Shown here piece after piece: positions 52,901 to 64,000 of a stretch of DNA of 64,000 nucleotides. The position numbers and the translations under genes were made by a program. Source of the stretch: Azolla caroliniana. Its lineage: Eukaryota; Plantae; Polypodiophyta. Below the pieces are notes generated by a model. The model was given only the letters and a program-made list of their open reading frames with translations. It did not search any database and was not told where the DNA came from. The stretch lies in assembly GCA_043228905.1 (NCBI GenBank), contig JBHGNT010000018.1:1488001-1552000 (forward strand), written 5' to 3'. Numbering within the stretch: position 1 is the first letter of the stretch; each line of letters starts with the position of its first letter.

Positions 52901-54649
52901 TGTTGCCAGTGTGTTTCATTGGCAACATGAAAAGCAATGGCAGTCCAAATTTATCGAGAACTGAATTGATATTATGGACTGCATTCCTCTGCTCCACTGA
53001 CTGAATGGTGTTGTTATTCTATCTATTCCCTACTGAAGCTGAATGCTGAGCCAATGCTGATGTAGATGAATCGCTGGACCAAGCCTCAATTGCTGTGTGT
53101 GTAATTGAATAAAAGTTAAAACAGGTTCAGTGAAACTGGTCACTGTAGCCCAAAGTGCAGCAACATTTTATATTTCCACGCCCAATATAATGCAATATCC
53201 TTAGGAACTTGATAACAAAATTTAGACGAAACTGTTACCGTTAAAGTTAGTTGTTCATATCTCTCGAGTTCATGAAGAACTAAAGAGTTTGCACAATATT
53301 CTTTTGAAAATATTGTTTCTTAGCGCTTCACCTTTGATATCATGAAAGAAATGAGCGTGCAGTGGAAAATAACAAGTAAAGAAAGAGACCAATAGATTGA
53401 AAAAAATTGTTACTGATCTTGCCCAGGAATACAAGCAGCAGTACACATTTTCGCCCATCCATACATTCTAGCAAGCTTCAATGACAATCTCAATGACAGA
53501 TGCAAGACTGATAGTGAATTAATACTTAAGGAGTGGAGAGGCCTGCTTATATAGTTGAGAAACCTAATCCAGCTCATGGTGGGTGAAAAACCTAATCTAA
53601 CCTACCTCACGGAGTAAAGGTGAGAACCATAATTCAAAATAATCAATGTATCTCATAACCATCATGGTTCACAAACAATTAGACACTTTCTATTGTCTAA
53701 ACTGAGTATCCTATAATCTTGTAGTGTTGGTTACAGCAATCGGATGCTAAGTTACCAAGAAATGGGCATTTAAAATATCTCTAACAGTTTCACCAGTCAC
53801 AAATGCCAGACAGAGGGCAGATATGCTGTATAGCTAAATGACAAGAAGAAAAGAAGAAAAATTTTGACATCAAAAAAACACCATCTAAGTTGTGGATATG
53901 ATGCATTGCATGATAAATGCAGTGCATAAAACGAAATGCATTGCATTGTGTGTGTCCATTAGTTCTGTCATAATCCCCAATTTTGCCATCACTATGACCA
54001 TCTTTGTCATCGTCGTCATTCTCGAGGGAGTTCCTTTGTTCTTCTACTGTGTTTCATGTGTCGGTGGGTTTCCTCATGGAAGTTATACGTGTGCCAGTCG
54101 GCTTTCTCACGAAAGTTAGACATGTATTGATGTCTCCATGGAAGGTATACATGTGTGGGTATGTTTTTGCACTGGAAATTATACGTGTTTTATTGTGAAT
54201 TTACCTCCGGGGTTACAAAAACACCCTTGGGGTTTATAGGTATCCTTTCCTAAAAACACAAAACTACGTACCCTAAACAGAAAAAAACAGAACCTCTCTC
54301 CTCTGTTCTCAAGTTTATTTCACATGATATTAAAGAGAGAGAGAGGGAGAGAGGGAGCGCTCACCTGTTCTGAGGGAGGGTAAATGTGACGCGATCTAGA
54401 AGGTTCACTTCAGTACCAGGAGGACGATAGCTTACTCCACGTACCTGTTCAAAAAGATCAGAAGAAGATCGTTTTATCTCCTACGGGAGACCATAACAAA
54501 TGATATAACACAAGGAAGGAAATGAACGAATCAGACAGATGTGGTAGGAGAACCTGTACAAAATCTCTTCTCATTTGTTGAGAAGAGCAGCGAGGAAAGC
54601 TAAGAGAAGCTCTGGAGGCGAAGGAAACAGAGTCCACCGCCATAGCCAT
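46975..54649 (-). CDS. ABCI11: ABC transporter I family member 11-like (NAP14, plastid soluble ABC ATPase). Exons 54649-54554, 54444-54365, 50163-50112, 50031-49910, 48654-48540, 48411-48325, 47557-47509, 47250-47166, 47056-46975
   Basis: The spliced translation gives VSYRPPGT, GLIFGRSGSGKTTLLQ (Walker A), GIVFQFPERYFVAD, LSDGYKRRLALA, LLLDEPLAGLDWKARAD and VSHDLKEL. Splice phases are consistent. Confidence 0.9.
50332..50647. repeat. 157-bp tandem duplication in ABCI11 intron 2
   Basis: TATGATTAGACCCACATTG starts at 50332 and again at 50489. Confidence 0.85.
50970..51250. repeat. Tandem repeat of about 60 bp in ABCI11 intron 2
   Basis: CTCCTCTAACATAAGAAATC...ATGATGATC..GCTTTTTACATGAAATTAG, 3 copies plus partial copies. 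Confidence 0.85.
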
Positions 54650-57600
54650 CTTCTGCCTCTGCCTCTGCCTCTGCCTCTGCCTCTTCTTTTTCTTTCTTTA
54701 TTTCTTTCTTCTATGATCATTTTCTTTATTTCCAAAAATGCCCCTCCAAGTCTTTTCACATATTTCTCTGGAATGCCCACCCTATCTTGCCATCAAAATA
54801 ACATCCCTCACAAAACTTGCCAAATCTGAGAAATGTAACTCTGAATCGAACAAGCAAATCGGACACATTGTATGAAACGATTAGTAGTATCTATCTTCCA
54901 CTTGAACGATACAAAAAAGAAGCTATTGTTTGTTGCCTGTTAGTGAACTTTTACAACGAGAAGAAATTTTGACGAGCAACAAGATTCAAACTTTACATCT
55001 CTAGATTCAACGTCCTTTCATTGGGATGACTCTTGTTCAAAAAGGCTGAGAGTAATTCTTAAAAAAGGAACCTTCTTTTGTCCCTAGGTCCCCCATTATG
55101 GACCTAGGACATTTCATCCCTATGTGACGTGTCATCGGATCTAGGTGTTTCTTCCCTAGGAGTGGTAAAGGAGGGCTATAAAAGTAAATAAGGAACAAAG
55201 AAGGATAAGGAGGAAGAGAGATGAGCGCATCTCTATTGCATCTGTTGCAACATTTGCTAATCATCATCAACAATCGATGCCCGATGTCGAACCTGCAACT
55301 GCATGGCATTGAACCTAGGTTACCCCCACACGCCCCGACCCCCCTATTTTGCCCCCTTTACTTATTCAATTTCCCATTTCCTTCCTAAAAGACCTATCCA
55401 AAGGGAAAAGGCAAGGGGACTTAGCATTTCCTAAATACCCCTCCATTTAAACAAAATACACCAAACACATAAACTTCCAAATATCCTATAAGAATTAAAC
55501 CTTTGCACATACACATACACATACACGCAAATATACTTATACACATGCACATACATGTGTGCCATAACACGTATACTTATACACATATGTGTGCACATAC
55601 ACATACCCACATTAGTCGAGAATGGAATATTCGATTTCATGCCATAACTAAATTCATCTTCAACAAAGGCCATCTTCCTTGGATCACTGACAAGCAAGAG
55701 CGAGGGAGGGAGAAGTAGGGACATAGAGGTAGATAACGCTACATCTACATGTCGACTTCAACGATCGATGCATAACACCGAACATGCAGCTACGTGGCAC
55801 CAAGCCTAGGTTCCAACACTTATACATACATGTACACAAGTAATCAACATTTGCATACACACATATACATATGTATGCATCTACTTGGGCACATATTGTA
55901 CTAACACACACTCAATCCTATGTGGTCGTGCGTATCTCCCAAAATAAATACATGAGCATTCACAAACACTTGCACATATATCTCAGGCACTTATTTACAC
56001 AAACATGCAATTAAACATATACATACATAATACATTGACCTACATATTATTTTCCAATTCTTTAATAACACAATAAACTTATACATACATATGTATACAA
56101 CATCTTATAGAACTACAATACTACTTATTTACACGTGTGCAACCAACGCAAATAAATGCATAGGCAATTTACATGCATACTTACTATGAGAACACAACAA
56201 GATGGTGGATAGTCATATTAATATCCTCGAAACTTGCCATTCACATGCACGCAACACCATACACACAAAATGTGGGGAGTAGAATATTATCCAAACAACT
56301 ACCCTACATCAAGAAAGCCATTTTCCTTGTTTCGGGTCTCTAGTGAACCCACTTACTCAATTTCATAAGCACGCACATAAATTTGCTACAAGGTTTACCT
56401 ATTGGATATTGGTTATCTAGTAATCAAAGAACAACACTTTGTTGCCATCAATAAAGTGAAATCTATACATGTTATGCTTTAAACTAAGGATATTGATGAG
56501 TTTTAGTTGAATTTGTTATTCAAATTTAACTTGGTACATTGCAAGCTTATCAAACCCTCACTTAACAACAACTTGATGATGCAAGTCAAGCATTCATGAT
56601 CCAAAATAGTATTGGTAAGTAATCATAAGCCCTCTCTACTCAAGAATGGCTCTCTCAAGCATAAGAAAGACTATAAGGGCACTAGAGTTTCCAGTGGTGA
56701 GGTTGGCCAACTCAAATTAATCCTTAAATAATTCAATATCTTGATCAATGATATTGAATTCAATGTTCCATGGGCAAATGAAAGACATTGAGATACGTTA
56801 CGACTACATTCAAGTGCAATTGTATGCAAAAGTATGCATCTGCAATAGATTATGACTGATGGAAAAAAATGGGATATACTTATGGAAGTGCTTGGAGCAA
56901 ACAAACTTGGACATTTGTTTTTTGTGCTTATTTAACATCGGCTTGATTCACTGAGTTTGAGGGGGTCTAGATGAAGAAGAATCTCACCATTCGCTTGATG
57001 GTATGTCACAGTTGAGCTTGAAGCTCCAACACCTTGTGTATGATTACACACTCCTTAGGGCAAGCTTCTGTTAAAGTCCACAATTAACTTATTGAGTGGT
57101 AAATTCCTTTTGTATTGAATGAAGTGGATACCTTAGATATGTCATTCACTCTCCCTTCTTTCATAGATTGTTCCTAACTTCTATGCGTGTTTTTAGAGAA
57201 GTTCTATATAAACCATGCTCATTCTCTAGTATAAAGTGTTGGTTATCCTTTATTTAAAGGTGTTTTACGCATAATGTTATTTGTAGCTTCATTGGATAAT
57301 CGTCCCTATTTTGCTAATACACTTTCTCGGTGAATCTTGTTCTCTTACACATTGCACGCATGTAGAGACACATCCTACTTAATCTATTCAACTACACAAA
57401 ACTAAATTCTCTACTTCTTTACATGAACTAGAGTATCACGAGCTTCAATATTGCAAGGGCAAGTTGATTGGTTTTTATGGCACGCAGTCATCTTGTCCAA
57501 AATTATTCTCACACGAGGTGCAAACATAGTTGAGAAAACCCATGATACACACTATGGTTATGCCTCTAGGGATATTCCAAGAAGTGTGAATTCTATGGCA

Positions 57601-60600
57601 ATATTGTTGCTAAAAAAGGGAGTAAATAATTGCAACAAGCACTGACATGATCCTTATTTACACTAAGCTAAAATAAGAAGAACACGTAAGAACAAAGAAA
57701 AACCTCTTGATAAGCTAAAATAAGAACAACACATAAGAACAAAGAAAAACCAATGGCGGGCATATCTAAACCCTTAAAGGGTTTGTTAAATCATATGCAT
57801 AAGGAGATACAACCACGTCACAAAAAGAGAAAGGGATACTAGTGGTTGCCAAGACTAACAAATGTAAGCAAACCACTCATATATCTACAATTACACCAAC
57901 AACTAGTAGACGAGTTTAAACCATGGAATAAAGTTGAATGGATGAGCGTACACGGGGTAATGGTTGAAGATATTGATAAAGATATTGTAGCTATTTTCTA
58001 AATCAAGAACTATGGGACTACAATCCAAGGGTTGCACAAGGCAACCACCAATATTGGTTATTCACCCTTAGTCGGATCTTCCAATCCATTATGAACAAGT
58101 GTTGGAACTTAAAAACATAGACATAGATATCCAAATAAGCCGAAAACACCTCCATGAGAACCAAAAGGTAATGTGTTTATGAAAGAAACCACATTCAATG
58201 ACTACAGACATGTTGCACATGCTTCCCTAACAAAAAGTCACAAGTAATTCATCGATGATACGTAATTTAAGATCCCGAAAAAAGAAAGGATAGCGCCAAA
58301 GAGAATTGTTTGAGGCCCACCACATATTGTGACCACACCACCATAAAACATAAAGGCATATATACAACACAACAATGAGTACCTAACAAAGAGTCTACCC
58401 CCTCCTAATAAGGTTGTTTACTGGCCAATAGTCGCACATCAATGTAATATAACTGCCCCAAACTTCATGTTAACTTTCTCATACAACGTAGAAGTTAAAA
58501 CAACAATGGGCATCATTGTGAGACGAACTAAACTTTAATCTCGCCTACACTGGCCACAAGTTCATGCAAATTCTTCCATTTGAATGACTTGACCATTTTC
58601 TTTTTTAGATAGACCAGGAAAGTCCAAGATTTGCACTGGAACATGTTACAATAGTTGGTTTCTTCCTTTTGCTTTTTCACTTTTCTTCCACTTTCACTAT
58701 CTTACTTTTTTCCTTTTGTTATTTACCCTATTTTTTTACCATAAAATCCATTCCCCCTCTCTTCTTTTCTCTTTCTCTTTGTCCTTTCCTCTTTCCAATT
58801 CATTTTTATCTATTAGTCTTTGTTGATGTCCCTCTTCCTTTCTATCATCTCTCCCTTTGAGCTAACACTCAACACCAAGAATAAGCTCGCCTCATTCCAA
58901 TGGCCACAACCCCATCATTAGTCACCCACCTTGCCCTAGTTAACTCACCAAACCAATCACAACCAATATTAGTGTTTCCTACTCCATCTTCATCTCCCTC
59001 ATCACTCTCTTCTCATCATCACCATTGTTATCCCATCCCCTTCACAAACCATCACACATTCACTTGTACCACTACCAGACTTCATCATCATCCATGCATT
59101 CTTCTTCTTGCTCTCTCTAACAAAAATGCAAACTAGTTCAAAAGGACTATGCCCACCCCCCTACATAACGCTACACTATTGAATTATGGACTCACAAAAG
59201 AGCAACAAATTAAAATTAGAGGAGCACTCTCACCAACAATCCTACATTTAGAAGACAAACTCGTGTTCTCAAAAGCGCTTAAAATTGAGCCCAACATGAA
59301 GAAAAGAACCCATGCCCTATGAATGAACTACTCTTCAGAATTAAAATGCATCCAACGCACAATTTGCTCTAGCCAAAAGCATGTTCATGCATCATACAAC
59401 TATCCTAACAAAGAGCTTGTGTTTCCCTCTCACTTGAATGTTTTAACAAATAGCACTGATTGATAACACATCATTGACATGTTTTTATTGAAGATCAAGA
59501 GCTCAACATTCACTCATGTACTTTAGAAAAAAGTGTAAGTTTGCCTCACCATGAGCACTTATGCTCTCACAAAGAGCACACGTCTCTGCATTGCACCATT
59601 TGTGTTCTAGCAAAGAACACGTGTGCTCTTCCCCTTATGATGACACACTCGACCCATCTAAATATTTAGAATGCAAACTAGTGGACATAACTTCATTTCC
59701 AATAATTGACGATGGTGATTCAAACAAGTTACTCACACCTTACAATATCAACTTAGAGTGTCATGAGTACAACACATATATCCAATCATATGCACATATC
59801 TTTGAAGATGTCTACTCTAGAACAACAGAACATTGTGACACAATCACCAACAACAACAAATGAGAGCCAAATCTAGACAATAAAAACAATGCTAATGTTG
59901 ACAACAAGCTAGCTTCATTACCCCCCACCCCTAAGACACCATTAGGTCACTCACCACCACTAGCTCCATCATGAACAAGTAACCCCATCACTCTTGCACA
60001 ACTAGTGCAAAGATGGTCTGTGTTACAAATACATTATTTATTAACATCCTTCCTTGACGTTGACATCCAAACAACCACCAACCTAGTGTTCATGCTATTC
60101 AAGCTTCCCATCATTGAACCCACCTCTTTTGACACCAATGGTTCCATAAACACATGTGTGGTTCTCAAGAAGCCTCAATATAATTTCCAAATTGCCATGT
60201 TAATACATGAAATACCCTCACAAATCCTCAATATTCCATGTCATTAATAGAACCTAATATCACCTCTTGAAATCTTTCACCCCCTCCGATTCCAACGTCC
60301 ACCCTAGCTACTTTTCCTCGACTCCATACTTTTACCCTCTATATCCCTCCAAACTTCAATGCACTTTGTTGCCCATTGCACCCAAGAATGTGCACTGCTA
60401 TGGTTGGGGGGATGTGAAGTGGTACTCTTCACCGAGAGAGATAATGTAAAACCTATGAAAAGGTCTCGTGTCCCCACAAGCTAAAAGGGGACAAAGACAA
60501 AATCGCTTAAATATAAGGGAAGTATAAAAGCCATTTTTTTAGGCCTTCCTCACTTCTTAACTTTTCAACTAGAGCTTTCTATCTTTCTCTTGTTGATTAG

Positions 60601-62147
60601 TGTTAAGTGGTTAAATCTAAACTTGACACTATTTTTTACTCATTGTGAATGTTTACTTTCTAATTAGATTTCCTTCTCTTTTAATGTTTTTATGAGTGTC
60701 AACCAAGTATCTATTGCATTTGTGCTTCATAATTACGTTAAATTTGTAAGATGACCGGGAGAGATCCACTTTGATTTTTACATGATCATGCACAAATTAG
60801 AAGTGATTGATGACCACTTTCGCAAGTCTCACCAACAATAATGTTGATGTTGGTCCAATCCACATCACAACCTTGATAATGAGTCATAAGTCCTATTAAT
60901 ATTAATACACATGTTCTATGTAAACACAACTAGAAACAAACACATTGCATTGTAACAATAACTATCTTCTTGGACGCCATATTTGTATTGTCCCTCGAAG
61001 TGTTGGGTTGGAAACCAACCTAATAAGTTATTTACCTAGATAACCCTAGGCAATGCAGGGTTTGAAAGGTAAACGAATACACACATTCATACATGAACAT
61101 CATGATAAACATACATATATGAGAGAAGATACATATATATAGAGAGAGAGATACATATATACATACATATGTATGTAGATGAACACAATGAGAAAGAAAC
61201 ATACATAGATAAGAGAAGATAGATACCTACATACATACATAAATATATGTATCAACATATTTATATACATTTTACACAATATTTTTGAAGAAATTTATAA
61301 AAAGTTATACATATGTGGCTTTCAATATTATCTAGTCAAGAAAGAACTATGTACTCGTGTTCTTTTAATGTCAAGGAAGAACAACAAGCTTAAGCAAACA
61401 ACACTTTATTTCTGCCATGGTAGATGGGTATGCAAGAAATTTGAAATTTGTAAACAAAACCTGAAATAATATGCCATGCTAGATTGCATATTTAATTTTC
61501 GATGAATGGGTAAATATCCCATTTTGTTATAAACCAATTGTCTCATGGGCCAATTTTGGCCTTAGAAGACATTAATATATCTTTCTTTCTTTCTACCGGA
61601 ATTAGCCTTCATTCTTTGTGAGCTATATTTTTCTTTTACCCCATTATTTGGCAATTCAATATGAGTTGACCTTACAAATATATAACAATAAAATATTTTG
61701 GTGGCCAAAGTTGAAATGTATAGTTGGCTTGACAATTCCAATAAGAAACATGACATTTACGTAGGCAAGAAATATAAATCCAATGAGAATAAATGGGTAC
61801 TTTCTATTATATCAATGGCCATGTGCTCATGTCGAGATTATGCTAGAAAGGTAAACTTGCTTTAAAAAGCATGAGAAAAGAACATGACCACATTGCGAAA
61901 ATCATGTAAAGTTGTATCTCTGCATACAACTATTTATAAAAGGCTCTAATAAAAGTTAGTGAATGTTCGGACTATGGAGAATGTACTAATAAACTTATTT
62001 CCTAGTTCTAAAGATCATCTCTATTTTCGGCTCCTCGCATAGTAAAACAAAACATGTAATAAGTCTTACTTACAAAGTAGGCATGCATTGATTGTAAGTT
62101 ATTTTGAGAAGACGTAAACGCATTATTCATTATTATGATATGTGCCA

Positions 62148-62444
62148 AACTTGTTAAAAAACGCGTATTCTACGTTTAGAGTACGTTTTAGAATACTCTG
62201 AAGTATTCTACCTTTTAGAACTGCCGTTTTTTAAAATTTGACGTATTCTACGTATTTAACAAGTATTTATCATTTCAAAAAAAATACTTTAAAATTTAAG
62301 AAGTATTTAATGTATTTTACAAGTATTCTAAGTATTTAACGTATTTTATGTATAAAATACAAATTCTAAGTATTTAAAAAAAAAGTTAGAATACTTGTAG
62401 AATACTTAGAATACGTATTTTATGTGAAGTATTTTACAACAATG
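62148..62444. mobile_element. MITE-like remnant
   Basis: Imperfect TIRs (TTGTTAAAAAACG / GTATTTTACAACAA) with inward-facing GTATTC and GAATAC repeats. Confidence 0.4.
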
Positions 62445-62504
62445 ATCTGTACATTGTCTATCTCTTATCACAAAAGATTGTATGAAATTTGGTTTGGTAA
62501 AAAG

Positions 62505-64000
62505 AAAGAAAGAGACAAATAAATTTTATTATCGTCCGCAGGGGTCAAATAAGACCTATATGGGATCAAAGTGAGACATTTTCACATACTGTGTTTGGAG
62601 TCAATAAGTGACTCTCAATATTTGAGAAACTGTCTAATATCGTAGTTGAGAGTCCATATTGTGACTAAGATAGAAATGTGTATTTGAGACTTTAGTGTTA
62701 ACAAAGTTGATGTCTCAAACTTGAGTGTGATCGATGGTAGATCAAACTTGTGAAATTCTTTGATGTAAAACATGCATAGTTTATGAGTCTTCTCTTTTTT
62801 TTCCATAAAAAAAACTCCATTGGTATTAAAATTAAAGTGGCCAAAGGTAATATACAAATAGTATATAATATATTCCATCTCAACAACTATAGATCATCAT
62901 CAAAGAAAGGACCAAAGTTCACCTCTTTTGTGATCATATTCTATCTTGACTAAGCATAAATCATCTAGAAAAGAAGCAAAATTACTCTCTTTTGCGGATG
63001 TAGAAGAAGTATAAGATATTGAGGAGATTGTTTCTGACATCTATTGCTAATCACATCATCCAAGAGCAGAGGCAAGAGTTGAACTATAGCTTCTATAGAA
63101 GTAACATTAGACTGATGGATAAAGAACGTGTTATGCTTCACATCTCTTCAACAACTTGACATTCTCAGAAGCCCGCTTGGCAAGTCTCATATCATCCCAT
63201 TTCTAACAAGCATTGAGCATTGTATTTATGAGTCTTCTCATTAGAACCCTAACACTAAGCATCATCAGAGAATGTGGGCTAAGTCATATGGAAGCACTGA
63301 TGTGGATGGTGGACAAGGGGATGGTCCATCATGTATCGTGATTGTGGTTTGGCCGTTTTAAGAAGAAGACAAAGTTGTAATGTGGTGTAGCATATGCAAT
63401 GTAACTTGTGAAATGTGGGCCTCCATGTATTTCCCAAGCTATGATACATGGGTGTTGCAAAAAACCTCAATTCACCAAGGATTTACTACACTTGCTAAAC
63501 CCGAGTTCTCTATCCAAAAAGCTTACTGCACACATCAAATGTTGGGCGACATAGTCTTATGTGAACTTTTGAGCTCAAGTAAATAGTTCAAGTTTATTGT
63601 ACTCAAAACTTGAGGTGTAAGGATATTGGACTTTTAATCACCAATTGTTCAGGATTTTCTAAGGGTGTTAAAGACACATAGGTAATAATGTAAATGGTTG
63701 AACACATGATATACATTGTTATAATAGTAAGGAATGTTAATGAAAAGTTGGCTGCATCATAAACTATATTTATATAATTATGTAATGAAACTTTCACTAT
63801 AAAAGGTTAATGACATGAAAGTACGTGCATGTTGTACTTCAAACAAGGTAATGTGTTATCATAAAGAGAGTTTGGAAATTAAATTTAGTAAATACAATGT
63901 GTCCTTAGAGAATGTTAAAAGATTCTAGTGCTTTCTTACGGTATTGTCACCATCTTTGGAGACTCGACAAGATGCAAGTTATGCTCAGAGAAAACACTTT
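62505..64000 (-). mobile_element. 3' part of a second, older LINE related to the first
   Basis: The reverse complement of 62505-62570 (TTTGATCCCATATAGGTCTTATTTGACCCC..GACGATAATA..TCTCTTTC) matches the first LINE 3' end at 36280-36335. A faint RLAKRA remnant corresponds to RLPRIA. Confidence 0.55.

Noticed and set aside
55000-60800. Possible very old LTR retroelement (PPT-like TTGGGGGGATG at about 60404, faint coding-like stretches)
   Set aside because: No matching LTR pair, TSD or recognisable domain motif found by eye.

Overview
Land-plant nuclear DNA. A seed-free vascular plant such as a fern is plausible, but that is inference. Bases 1-36.4 kb are a single old LINE (endonuclease-RT-CCHC, + strand) split by a nest of LTR retroelements whose termini and TSDs can be resolved by eye. 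Inserted directly in the LINE are: a chromovirus 3' end (1-620); a solo LTR carrying a second solo LTR (1107-2055); Copia A (4074-32408); and a non-autonomous, apparently self-priming element D (32422-35894) with a solo LTR inside. Copia A holds two nested sets: gag-only element B (5195-12049), which itself holds gag-only element C (7162-10438); and Copia E (13293-29516), whose two LTRs each carry an independent intact Copia F (13859-19295 and 24089-29461). Bases 36.4-64 kb contain MITE/hAT remnants, a PPR fragment, an intronless L-type lectin receptor kinase with duplicated fragments upstream, a 9-exon ABCI11/NAP14-like gene with a GC-AG intron, and a second degenerate LINE. Best candidate for an undescribed system: nearly every Gypsy-type LTR here, from two different lineages, carries an antisense tRNA-like A-box/B-box (Pol III-type) module in U3, while I see none in the Copia LTRs. 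All coordinates were read by eye and may be off by a few bases.
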